A stretch of 64,000 bases of DNA from Camelus dromedarius. Its lineage: Eukaryota. Location of the stretch: positions 31,870,001 through 31,934,000 of the forward strand of contig NC_087437.1 of NCBI RefSeq assembly GCF_036321535.1, read 5' to 3'. Position numbers and translations under genes: made by a program. Under the pieces are notes generated by a model. The model saw nothing but the letters and a program-made list of their open reading frames with translations, was not told the DNA's origin and searched no databases. Of the stretch, positions 14,650-26,800 are shown piece by piece (position 1 is the first letter of the stretch; every line of letters starts with the position of its first letter).

Positions 14650-14960
14650 ACGATCAAGGCCGCCCTGTTGGGAGCATCCCCGTAGCCCTGCGCCGCGGGC
14701 GGGGAGCAGAGCCGGGCACCGGGGGAGACGGGCCGGGGAAGGTGGAGGCTCGGCCGCGGCTCTGTGCGAGGCGAGGGCCCCCCTGCCCGCCAGGACTTTG
14801 GAGGTTATCAGCCTGGCGGAAGCAAGGTAGGCCCCGCGGGCGTAATCTGCCGCCCGACACCGGCCGGGGCGGGGGGAGGGGGGGAGTTGGCGGCCGGGGG
14901 CCCGGGGGCCCCAACGAAGGCGGGAGCCAGGAGGGCCTCGTCCCGGCCTCCAACCCTCGT
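14650..14960. promoter_or_regulatory. Small CpG island with G-runs
   Basis: Abrupt CpG/GC-rich patch with GGGGCGGGG boxes inside AT-richer flanks. Confidence 0.65.
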
Positions 14961-16329
14961 GGTCCCTGCATGCCTGTGCTCCTGTGCCTGGTTTTCCCTG
15001 CCTGGCAAATTGAACCTTGTACTTTTTGCAAATGACCTGTGTTTGCTCAGCAATCGACCAACAGCGGGAAGTTTGCAGGTGGCAGCCTGGCTGGTGGGAG
15101 GGCCTTCCAGGTGATGGGGGGGGTCCTGGGGGGCCCCGGGGAAGCTGGTGACTTGGGCTGAACCCCAGGACCCTGCCCTCAGCTCTGAACGTGCCTTAGG
15201 CCAAGTTTTACAATGAACGATGTCCTGGGCCACAATTCAGTGACCATTTCAAAAACCTTTACCCTTAAGAAGCTAATACGCTTAGGAAAACTAAGGTGAT
15301 TCTTAACTTGTCTCACCCTGCTTCTTTCAGATTCAAAACAGGTCCCCTTTCTGCTGTTGTTAACTTCAGAAACCAAAGCAAGCTATTCCAGCTTTTGTTC
15401 AAAACAGGAAGGACTTAATCCACAATGGAGGTTTTGTTTTTCTAGGTTTGAAAATCTATTTGGAATTCACACAAATGCTTTTCACCTCAACATCTTTTGC
15501 CCAGACAGAAGCACAAAATGGTACTTCTCTTTCTTCTACACACTGCCTTTCAGGTATCTTGCGTACACATCAAATTGTTCATCGTTAAACCTGTTCTTTT
15601 TCTTTCTCTGAGTTACTTATACCATCTTTGTTTAAGGTACCTCCATCTTCTTTTATGATCCCCCTCAAAACTTGCCAGAAGTGAGGATATAAATTTTTTT
15701 CTAGATTGCCTCAGAATGTTCTTTCCATCTGCCTGCCATCGTTTTTAGTTTTGTCGTCTCTTTGGATGACATTCACTTTCAAGACTCCCAAAGGCCTACC
15801 CGGAATTTTGTAATGTGTAGGATCCCAGCGAGCTTGGCGCAGCTCGCCTCTCTCCCCTCAAGAAAGTGGAGCCAGTCAAATGTGTTACTGTTTCAAGTGA
15901 GTCACTCACAAGCTTCAGTACTTTTTTATTAGTAACAACTGACTGGCAGCAGCACACCTTGCAGCTGTGGGGGCCCCACCCAGCACCCCCAGCGTGGGCC
16001 CCTGGGTGCAGAGCTGCTGCTCTGGGATATGCTGGGACACCACAGCTTCTGAGTCATTTCTTGTTTTCCTCAGGCAGGAGCACGGATTTCCTTAATTCAA
16101 GTGTCCTGAGTGCTCAACTCATTGTGCGGGAAAGCCTGACTTCAGTGCTTCCTTCTGTACCGCAGGAGAACTTTCTCATTTCCCTCGTGTATTTGTTCAG
16201 AGGTATCTGCCCATGGTGAGGCAAGTATTTGCAAAGTTACTCAGGAAGCAACTGGGGAAAACTCTCCTGGGGGTCAGAGGAAAGGCTGATTAGGAGGAAG
16301 AGAGCGAACATTTCTCAGACCTCAGCTGT

Positions 16330-16800
16330 GTGCCAAGCACTGTCTGGATCCAGGACCTGGCAGATGTTTTCAACCTTCCCTGCAGGCCTCTGAGGTCGGC
16401 ACATTTATACCCACCTTCCAGCTGAGAAAACAGGCTCAGAAGGGCTAGAGGACTTGTTCAAGTTACGTCGCTATGAAGTGCTGAATCTTGGATTCTAACC
16501 TAGTTTGATAGATGATGGGGATTCTTCCATGTTCACTGTGAATTCTGTTCATAGAACGCCAGGCTGTTAATACACCACCACGGATTGGGAGGACCCGGCA
16601 CCCTATTGTGCAGGCCTCAGGCAGGGGCTCTGAGACCAGGATGCCAGGGTTCAAAGCCCAGCCTTGTCACCAGGTGCATGACCTCGGACAAATTACTTAA
16701 CCTCCCCAGGTGCCTGCTTCGTACGTCTACAAAATGGGTAGAGTTGTTGTGAGAAGCAAATTAGTCAATCCTGGCACGTAGGCCTTCAGCAGGTGTTAAC
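16330..16800. mobile_element. MIR SINE remnants (two, opposite orientation)
   Basis: GCTGAGAAAACAGGCTCAGA and GGGTTCAAAGCCCAGC...GGACAAATTACTTAACCTC; similar MIR cores near 250, 5300, 9480, 10960, 25420, 29190, 29780, 33110, 44600. Confidence 0.6.
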
Positions 16801-16899
16801 TATCATTCTTCACTTATACCCCCCGTGTTATTTTATTGCTGCTGTCTTGCCCAAATGATGGTGTTTTTATGTCTGCCTTTCACTGAGAAACCATTCGCT

Positions 16900-17365
16900 T
16901 GGAATGGCAGGCCTGCTAGTGGGGTCATCTTTGGAACTGCCCAGGGAGTTTTAAAAATATTGATGCCTGTGTTTCCCTCTCCTAGAAATTCTGATTCAGT
17001 GGATCTGGGGAATAGCCTAGGAGTGGGGGAAGAGCATTCTTGGTGGTTCTCAAAGTGGCTCCTGGACCTGCAGCTCAGTATAATCTCGGTGCTTGCTTGT
17101 TGAAAACACAAATTCCCAGGCCCCACTCTGGACCTATCGAATCAGATTCTTTTTTTTTTTTTTTTTCAATTTATTTATTATTTGGGCGGGGGTAATTAGG
17201 TTTATTTATTTATTTTGATGGAGGTCTGGGGATTGAACCCAGGTCTTTTAGCATGCTAAGCAGGCACTCTACCACTGGGCTGTTACTCTCCCCCGAATCA
17301 GATTCTTGGGGAGTAGAGCTCAGCAAAACAGATCCGTCCAGGAGAGTCAGAGCCACTGCTCTAAG
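16900..17365. mobile_element. MER5-type hAT-Charlie DNA transposon relic(s)
   Basis: GTGGTTCTCAA...AAATTCCCAGGCCCCACTCTGGACCTATCGAATCAGA; similar pieces at ~13170-13350, 48660-48745, 53480-53620, 57505-57620. Confidence 0.65.
17151..17294 (-). mobile_element. tRNA-derived SINE (vic-1-like) inserted into a MER5-type element
   Basis: Poly-T tail; exact TSD GAATCAGATTCT at 17139-17150 and 17295-17306. Confidence 0.9.
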
Positions 17366-20300
17366 GGAAGGCAGTGCCCTGAGACCACCTCCTTCTAAAT
17401 AAATGGCCCGGAGACCGAGGCTGACCTAGAGGATCTGTTCAATTCATTTACACAGAGCAGTGAAGCACTAGTACACTAGTCTCTCTAGAGCCCTAATACG
17501 CTGTGATTCGATCAGCTCATCCTCTCCCAGCTTCAAGGAAAACCAAGCCCCCCCCCCAAGAAGTCTCTCTATTAAATGTCAAAGGACGGCAAGCTAAGAT
17601 AGCCCGATCTGTACATTTTATGATGGGGATCATGACACCATGAACCAAAAATACTGAATTCCTCTGAACCTGTGTTACTCAGAGTCCACTGGCTACAGCC
17701 CTTCCATTCATCTCTTCACTCAGAGTAGCCCTGCCATCGGCCTGCAGACTCTAAACTCCCTCCCCTCTCCTGGACACTGTAGGGTGGGTACTGCTAGCCT
17801 TTGCCTTAGTTACTCTCCCTTTTCTCTGTTCCCTCCATCTTGTTTCTTCTCCCATTATCAGTCTTGTTGTATTAATAGACTTCAGAAGGTTTTAGTTGGA
17901 TCTTGTAGGCCAGAGACTGTCCCTTCTAGTGACTGCATAACTGTTCTGACCCCTGACCTGATGCTCTGACACTCTCAGAAGCAGGGATATGTTTCCCTCT
18001 TTGCCTTGTAGAGTGACTCCCAGAGCACTCACATTCTCAGCACCTGTGTCTTATTCCTGCTCCTTTAGCCATCATCAGTCTTTTGAAAATAAGAAATGTT
18101 TGTGTTAAACACTTGCCCTTAATGTTTGTCCAGATTCTGCAGAACTTGCGATCAAATGTCTCTCCAGTGTCGTACAATTTATCTTTCATTGTCTGATTAA
18201 AGAGAAAGGCTGTTGTCACTTCTAGTGGAGCAAATGCTACCTGTGTGTCTTTGAGGCTGTAACTTCTCATAGGAAAAACACTCATGCTTGCCTGGTGCCT
18301 TGTGGAAACATCCGCTGGGAAACTTACAGTAAAACTTTATAATTTTTTTTAAGGATTCATTTACTTCTAGATAACTTTGCCTCAGCTTTGCAAATGAGCG
18401 AGTGACAGAATCGTGAAAGCAAGGGCACAAGAACAACAGCAGAGCGTGGGGAAGAGAGGGGAAGGGAGCCGGCGTGAATGAGTTAGGAGGTGGGTGGGGC
18501 GGGGGGATAGACGGATCCAGGGGTTTCCAAAATCTAGGCCTAGGAGAAGCTACTGCAGGCAGTATTAAAGCCAGCCTTAGCAGTTGGGGCGAAAAGGAGA
18601 ACGTGACCAGTTCTGTTGCTCTGTAGCAGGATGTTAAGGGGTGGGGGGGTGAGGTCGGGGGTAGCTTTTTCTCTTGCTGCAGAATTTCAGCCAACCCCTC
18701 AAAGCTAAGAACGGAGGGATTATCAGCCACTCCACATTCTGTGGAGGGCAGCAAAACCATCCACACAGAACTTGCTAAGCAGCAACCCATAAAATGGGGC
18801 CCAGGGCCCCCGAGCCCGTCACCTCAGGGTGCAGGGAGGAGGGGAGAGGGTTGATGAGGAGGACGAGAGTGGTGAGTTGTCAGTACGCTGAGAAGAGGAG
18901 TCTCCATCTCAAGCCAAGTGGAGGGAGCTTCCAGAGAACCACGGGGAAGAGGTGGGGTGCCTCCCAGGAGGAGGGGCTGACAAGCAGAGCGGTGGAACCT
19001 GTTCGGCCCCATGCTGTCACAGGACTGAGACAGAGGTGGGAGAGGCTCCGCAGGAGGGCTTGACCTGTGTCCTCAGGAGTTCAGGGGGACTGGAGCCTGA
19101 CTTCGTGTCTGTGATATAAATTGAAAGAAAGGCTTCAGCATAGGCAGGGTGACGCTTGTGTGTTAAGCTGTCCTCTGACCCACACTCCAGAGGCAGCCCC
19201 CACTGGATACAGTTCTCTCTCTTTGGGCACCATCCGAGGCTTTGCTAACTAGCATAATGAATGCATAAAATGTATTTGTATGTGTGTGAAATGAATAGGA
19301 TTCAAGTTTTGTGACTTGGCCCAATATCTGCAACTCTCCTCACACTCGTGTGAACTGAGTGTAGACGTGGGGGCCTGTAGCCTGTGCCCTGACAGGTACT
19401 GGAGGCTCAATTCCTCCATGGCCCTGGAGCTACCACCTGGTTTGAAGGAATCTGGTGGTCTGTTGCTAAACCTCTAGTTGATATGAATCTTACCTCTCGA
19501 ATACCATGATGTTTCCCATAAGTGAATCTTTTCTGCAAAGACAAAGTGCTTTCATGGTAACCTGATAGCAGAGTTATGAAGAAATAACCCTCACCTACCT
19601 CTACACATTGGTAGCTCCTGTCACCTCCCACAAACAACCCAGTGGTCGTGCCTGGCCAAATTGGTCTAGGATGGCTCAGAACACTGAAACTGACCTGGAG
19701 AAATCTCCAGGTGAGACCCCAGGTGAGGGCTGGAGCTGCCGGGGACAGGACAGTGGAGAGGCAGGGCCCAAGAGGGTGGCCTGCAACTGCAGTGCTGGGT
19801 GAAGCAAGGCGGTGTGTTCACTGTGGTTCCAGTGGAGACTTGGAAGGAGACCCACCCAAGAAGATGGGGTGCTGTGCTCCTGACATAAAGTTGGGTTCTT
19901 TTCGGGGATGCAGTGGGTAGAGGGACTGAGGGAAGAGTTGTTAGGAGGCAGCCAGTGGGTGAGACCCTTGGCTGGAGAACCATGTGGTTGGAGGTCTTCA
20001 AAATGCTCCCTGAGCAAAGAGCAATCATTTGCACATCTGCCACATGAGTCCGTGAAGCCAACCTGCCCCTCTCATCCCCACCTTGAAGGAGCCACAGCCA
20101 GCAAAGTGAGCGGCAGAGCATGGAAGAATCAGGTGGGGAACTAGTCCAGAGGGTAGCCTCCTTTCTCCCGAGTGCCCCTGGGCGCTTCCGCAGGCTTCAG
20201 ATGGGAAAAAGCTTTATATTAAATGAGAGATTAAAGCTTGGCTGTGACACTGGACTTCCCATTCCTAAAAATGAGATGTTTCTTAATACCTGAAAGTGAC

Positions 20301-20607
20301 CAGAAAAGCTTTAGGATACGCCCAGCGTTTCACCCCCAAAAGCTGAAGAATAATTCAACAGAGGGGGCTTAAAAGGATAATGACGAAAGGAAAATTAAGT
20401 TTATTTTTTGTATCCAGCTGAGTCCAGCTTGATCAAGGATGTACCATTCATTATTGAATGAAAGGGGCTTGGTATTTTTACCATAATTTTCCAAATTATT
20501 TAGTTTTTATATCATTAAGTAGAAATGAAGGGGTGGCAAATTTGTTTTCAAACTTATTTTTTAAAACCACCAATTAAATAGCAGTGGGATGGAGGGCTCA
20601 GGAGACA

Positions 20608-21072
20608 TGTGTTAGTCACCCATTGCTGCTGTAACACATTACCGCAAATAGAGACACAAACTTACATTTTATGGCTCAGGAGGTCAGAAGTCCAAAATGG
20701 GCTTCGCTGAGCTAAAATCAAGGTGCAGACAGGGCTGATTCCCCCTGGAGGCGCCAAGGGGGATTCTGTCTCCTTAGATTCCCAGCTTCTAGCGCCTGGA
20801 CGCCTTGGACTGAAGCCCCTTCCCCCACCTTCAAAGCCAGCAGCGGGGCCTCTTCCAACCTCTCTCTGACTCCACCGCTCACTTACAAGGATCCTCGTGA
20901 CTCTGGGTTTAACACCCAGATAATCCAAAATAATCTTTCACTTCAAGATCTGTTCAACTTAATCATACCTGCAGAGTCCTTTTACCACGTAAAGTGATAC
21001 AGTCACAGGTCCCAGGGATCGTAGAGTGGACATCCAGGGAGTGCGGCTGGGGTCACTGCTCTGCCTGTCACA
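20608..21072 (-). mobile_element. MaLR solo LTR (MLT1-like)
   Basis: TGTGTTAG...GCTGCTGTAACA...GGAGGTCAGAAGTCCAAAATGGG...CCAGATAATCCA, reverse MLT1 hallmarks. Confidence 0.8.
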
Positions 21073-21549
21073 GGAAAGGCCCAGGTACCTGAGCTGGGCT
21101 GTGGCTCATTCCTCAGAGGACCCGCTCGCCCCTGCCTGCTGGTTAGCCAAGCAAACCGGTAGCTTGAGGAAAGAGACTGTGTAATCTTGGGGACAGCACA
21201 TAATCTATCCATGCTTCAGTTTCTTCACTCAGGAAATTATAGAATTGGCTGTTCCCTGAAGTGTCTTCCAGATCTAAACCCTGTGCTCCTCTCCTCTTTG
21301 GCAAAATAAGCATTTGAAGAAGGCTGGTTGCTTAACCTGAGAAACCAAACTGGTGTTGTTCCAGTGCGTGCTGCCAGCCCCGCAGCCCCACCCTGGGCGG
21401 GGGAGGCTCTGACAGCCCACACGGTGGGCCTGGGAGAAAGCAGGAGGCCCTCTGCTTTCCCAGAGGCAGAGGAAGGAGCGCAAGGCACAGGCGGGAGGTT
21501 CCAGCTGAGGGGCCTCTCCAAGGGGAGGCAGTGCGTTGCTCTGTCTTTC

Positions 21550-21634
21550 TGCTGAGTCACCATCAAAGGCCTCAGAGATGGCTGCTGACTCAGAACGGCC
21601 CTAGTGGTCCAGGGCAGCCCTGCGGGGTGAGTCA
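21550..21634. promoter_or_regulatory. AP-1/ARE (NRF2-MAF) motif cluster, candidate enhancer core
   Basis: TGCTGAGTCAC 21550-21560, TGCTGACTCA 21583-21592, TGAGTCA 21628-21634. Confidence 0.6.
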
Positions 21635-23850
21635 CGGCCCTCCCGGGTCTGCTGCTCGCAAGTCAGCACACGGGCGCCCTCTGATCTCCTGGGGCCTCAC
21701 TTAGGACAGCAGTTCTCTGAACACTGGAGATGGAAGGACCCTTGGACACCCTCTCACCCATGTCCTTCGCTGTCATGTGATCTCGAGCTGGTGTGTGCTT
21801 TGGCTTTCTAGCTACTCCCATAAATTGCACTGTTTTAGTGGCCTACCTGTCTCTTTGGCCTAAAAATTAAGGTTCCCTTTGCACTCTCAGCCCCATGGGC
21901 TTCAGGGAGACACCCCAGCTTCTCAGGACTCCTCTAGGGCACCCATACGCTCCATTTTCAAAGTAGTGCCATCTACCAGCAAGGACTCTGGGCGTACATC
22001 AGGAAACCAGGGCTTTCTGTTCCTGTCCTCTGAGCATCTGTGGGGCATTCTGCAAGTCATACCATCCCTTTGGGCCACACTGGAGCTTAGCTATATTTCC
22101 TCCTAAGTCCCTTCCTGTGGTGATACGAGAGAATCAGAGTAGATCATCCCAGAAGTCCTCTATCACAGATTCCTGAATACGGCGTGTCTGGCTCAGCCTC
22201 GGGAAGACCACGGCTGCCCCCAAATGCAAGCCTTCCTTGGATTAGCCTTTTCCTGTGGCTGGAGACCACCATGACTGTCCTCCTCCCAGGAAGCTCCTGA
22301 TCCAGCGCCTCAGGAATGCCCAGGCTTTCTGCCGAGGGCCCCTGTCCTTCCCTGAGCGGGTTTGTGAGTCCTGCTCCTCCCACTAGACCAGATGGTCACC
22401 TCTGCACGCAGATCCCCTGGTGTTGGGGGTGTGGTCAGAGGTGTGACGTGGAGACCGGACACTGAACTGTGACTTACTCTTCATCCCAGTGACAGGCCTA
22501 GCATTCTCCTTCCTAGTTGGGCCTGTCTGACCAGACCAGCGCTGGGGTCGCTGTGTGTGTGAGCGGGAGAGGCGTCTGCCTAGATGGTGGTAACCCTGAG
22601 GGCAGGCATTGGTGCTGCTCAGTGGGTGGCTGTCACCTCTGTCCCCAGAGCCTCTGGAGCACCCAGAACCCCTACCCTCCCACCCATTCCACCTCTCCAG
22701 GGCCTCTGTGTAAGGTCTTGTCCCCCTAGCCACACTTTGCCAGGGTTCCAGAACCTTCTTGGCTCCTGTGAACCACGCAGGTGCTCTCTGAAAGAGAGCA
22801 GGGTTGCCCTTTGCCACATCCATTTCAGAGTCACCCGGCATCTCCTGTTTACTCTAAAAAATGAGCGATCTTTTTTTTTTGCTTATCCAGCAAGGAAAAG
22901 CGTTTATGTATCTCACTGGGTTAGGCACTACTCTCACGTGTGCAGAAGGAAACAACACAAATTATGTGTGTTGTAAACTAGTTTCCCGTAGTCCAGGCCC
23001 TCCACAGAGGGAACCTCCTGGAGAGGGTCTCCCTTGCTCCCGGGTGTGTGCTCAGCTGCCAGAGGGGAGAAAGGCCCATTGTTCCCGCCGCCACGTGCTG
23101 GGTGTTCCCCTTGGGAGGTAGAAAAGCGCCTGGAGATCGGATCATCTTCTGCCTGCTGTTCTGTTTGGTTTTGTTTCTGCTCTTTTCTTTTTTGCTGTAC
23201 CTCCTGGCTCAGGCCCCAGCCCTCCCGAGCCGCACTGAGTTCTTCCTGTACCCTTTGCACAGCGAACGCTTTTTGTGTGCCTTTGATGTCTGCGTTCACT
23301 TCTGGGGAGAGGAGTGAACATCCCCCACCTGCTGGTGTCGGGCAAGGGCAGAGGGAGTGAACAAAGGCACGTTGGGGGCAGGGCCCGGGTCGCAATGCAG
23401 GGTCCCCGCTCCACCCTTCCCCGAGCCTGGATGGGAAGGGGGGCTGCTGCTCCCCAGTGAGTGTTGGGATTAGGGGTAGGGCTGGGCCAGCCGGCCGCCA
23501 ACATCACCAGTGCCGTAGGTTTTCAGAGCACCCAGCCCCGCGGAGGCTCCCGGGGAGAGTCTCGTAGGAGGAGCCAGGAAATTCTGATCCGCCCCGCCTC
23601 TGACACCCTGTGACCCCGCGCAACCCTGCACCTCCCAGGGAGAGCCTCCCTGCCCCGAGTGGGGCCGTAACTCTCACACCGCCCGCCTGCTTCCTGGGGC
23701 TGAGGGTGTGAGGCGCTAACACAGCCCTCTCCGAGGAAACGCTGGGAGAAGCAAAAGGCCTTTGTGAGTCAAGGGGTGGGAGTCTTTGCTGGGTCCTTCC
23801 CCACGATTTACCCGCCACCCCAGGTCCCTTAAGCATCTGGTGAGCTCGTG

Positions 23851-23867
23851 CTGCCCCCTAGTGGCCA
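23851..23867 (-). promoter_or_regulatory. CTCF binding motif
   Basis: Minus strand TGGCCACTAGGGGGCAG, full match to the CCASYAGRKGGCRS core. Confidence 0.75.
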
Positions 23868-26800
23868 AATCGCTCCTCATAATTTATTTCTTTCCAATTA
23901 AATGTCAATTCTCTTAAAATGTAGGAAAAATTATTAAGGATGAATGTCATAATAAACCCAGCCTGAATTAGATCTATTTTTATACCAATGCAGTCGTAAA
24001 ATATATTTTGAAATATTTTTTAGTGGCGGAAGTGGCCCACGAAGGTAAAAGTGAATAAGGCAGCCCTGGACCCCAGGTGGGAGGCATGTCGCAGCCTGCC
24101 TTCCTCAGGCGGCTACGAGACGGCTGGCTGCTCCTCCAATCCTGCGGGGAGGCCTCCCTGGGGACTGATGGTGGCCACTCGTGAAGGCTTCCCCCAGAAG
24201 GGCCCATATTTCCCCCCCAAATGATAAGCGATCAGATGGAGAAACCAAAGCAACTGGGCAGCTTTACTTCAGGCTTTAAAAAGCCTTTTAAAACCTCCAA
24301 AGATTACAAAACGCCTTGATGAAGAGCCCCCTCCCTCCTTGCTGACACTGATGGCCTGGAGAGAAATCAGGGCTCCTGCACATTAACAGTAACAAGTGAG
24401 CACTAACTGCTGGGCTCCCTGTTCGTGGGACATGTTCTCACAGACTGCTCACTGCAGCCCCCCAGTGCCCTTATTTTCACATGAAGAATTTGGGGTCTAA
24501 AAGGTCACATGCTAGTGGAACCATAGCTCGAATCCAGGAATCCTGGCTTCAGACCCCTCGCCCTTCTCACCATGTAAGTGCTAGGAGTTGAATGACTCCC
24601 TGCCCTGCATGGTGGGGAGGAAAAAAAAGCCAACAAGCCCTTCCCCTCCATACCTGTGGAATTAGCAATCCAGTCAACGGTCATCCTTTAGTCATGGTGA
24701 ATAATCAGCTGAACACTCGTGCCCTTTGATCTGGTTACCCGCTTTCCTTTTCCTTTCTCATCTGACAGAGATTCCTGAAGAGCCTTGGACATTCCAGATA
24801 GTCCTCCACGCCCCATGCACGCCTCTTCCCAGGCCCCCTCCCCTGAGGGTTTCCTTTTAGACTCAGCTTCCTGGCATTGGGCCTGGGATGAAAGGTTGTT
24901 GGGCTTCTGGAGGCTTCCCCCCCGTGAGCACCCCCACCCCAAGCTCCAGCCCGTGTCCTCTCCTCCTCCTCAGTAGGCAGACCGGATGATGGGCAGAACT
25001 GAGAATGTCACATGGTGCCAGTGAGCACAGCACTGACCCGCGTGGAGGGTCTGCCAGTGGAGGGGCAGGTGGGCAGCTGTGTGTGTCACAGAGGCCCAGG
25101 GGGCCCAGGAGGGCAGTGGACAAGCCATCAGAGGTGCTGGGTTGCTGAGCAGGGGGTCTGATACCCACAGTGCAGGGAAGTGACACAAAGACAGGCTTCT
25201 TCCCACACGTGAGAAGTGAACATTCGGGCAAGTGCGCTGGAAGCCTTCTTCCAGATCTTTCCTCTCTGGGGTGGAACTTAGAGTGTACATGGGTTCTCAC
25301 CCAGGCCAGAAAAGCTCACCATTTCATAAACATCTCTGCGTGCCAGCCCCTGGCCTTCTTGCATATGTCAAATCATTTTACTCCTGTGAGGTGGGGATTA
25401 CTTGCCCGGCTTTCCGTATTAGGAAATTGAGGTTCAGAGAGGCTGAGAGATTTGGCCAAGATCTCAAAGCTAATCAGGAGAGGATCAATTCAGGGCATGA
25501 GATAAGCTCCAGAAAATGCTGCACCCTTGAGACCACAGTGTGCCTGACCCAAGACACCTCTGGATGCCTTTCTGCTTTGGGGCTGAAGGGAGTCCTGCCT
25601 ACATGTTAGGTGAATGCGTGTGATCTTCCCACTGATGGGATTTCTAAATTGAGTGATTGGATAACTTAGTTCTGTGCACATGTGCTTGCGCCCAGCATTG
25701 GCCTTTGTCCCAGTTTCCTGTTCCCTTCCCACTGCACATGAAGGCCAAGTCCGGACTGTCAGTCCCTGTGGCCTCATTTGTCTGTCTGCCACAGATGTCT
25801 GGGCAGCTGTGGGCAGCAGACCAAGATAGTGGAGAGAACATGGGCTCTGGAGCCAGGCAGGCTTTGGTTTAAATTCCACCTCTGCCATATTTTCAGGGAG
25901 AACTACTCAAGATTTTAGGATGGGGACCAGGGGCTTAGAGTCAGAATCCTGTGGTCTCAGCCGGCGGGTAGCGGAGGGGGTGGGAGCCTGGGCCAGACGC
26001 TGGAGCAGGCCCGGTGTGAGCCCACTGCTGGCAGCTGGTAGCCCTCAGCTCCAGGGACACAATGTCAGGGCCCAAATACGACTCAGGCGGCCCTGTTTTT
26101 CCAAGTTCTGTCCCACACCCTGGTCTAAAACTCACTTTTAAGGCTTACGGTAACCATCCCTGGGAGAGGACGACAATTTACAACGTGATAGAGAAACAGC
26201 CTGAAATTGGGGGAAGCTTTTGCATGGAGCCCACCAGAACCCACACTTTGCACCTTCTCCGTGACCTGTTTTCTCGTCTTTAACATAGAAAGTTAATAAT
26301 GGTAACTAACACGGCTGCCCTGGGCACTTTCTACCTAAGTTCACACATTCTATGCTCACAATAGCCTGGTTCCTGTTTTCCCAGGGGACAGGCATGTGGG
26401 TCAGGTCACCGGCCCAGGGTCACACAGGGTGAAGGGTGAAGCTGGACTTTGAACTCGGGCAGGCAGGCGGCAGGTCCCTGCTCGGGGGCCTCTGCACCGT
26501 CCAGGTTCTGGTGGGAGTCACGAGGCCTTCCTCTTAGGTGTGAGAGCAGGATCAAAAGAGATCCGGCATCAGAAGCTTCTGGCACAAAAAGCACCGAGTT
26601 AATGCTCCTTCCCTTCCTGGCCTTGTGGATCTGTGAGGAGGGAGGGCACAGCCCACCTCTCAGCAGAGGTGCCCAGTCAGGGTCTGAGGGTGGAATGGAA
26701 GGGCGGGTTCTGACAAAGTGGCGGCAGGAGGGAGGGGAGGGAGTGCTAGAAATAGAGGTGTGTGTGCAAGGCCAGGGCCACGGTTTTCCTGGGGCCGGGC

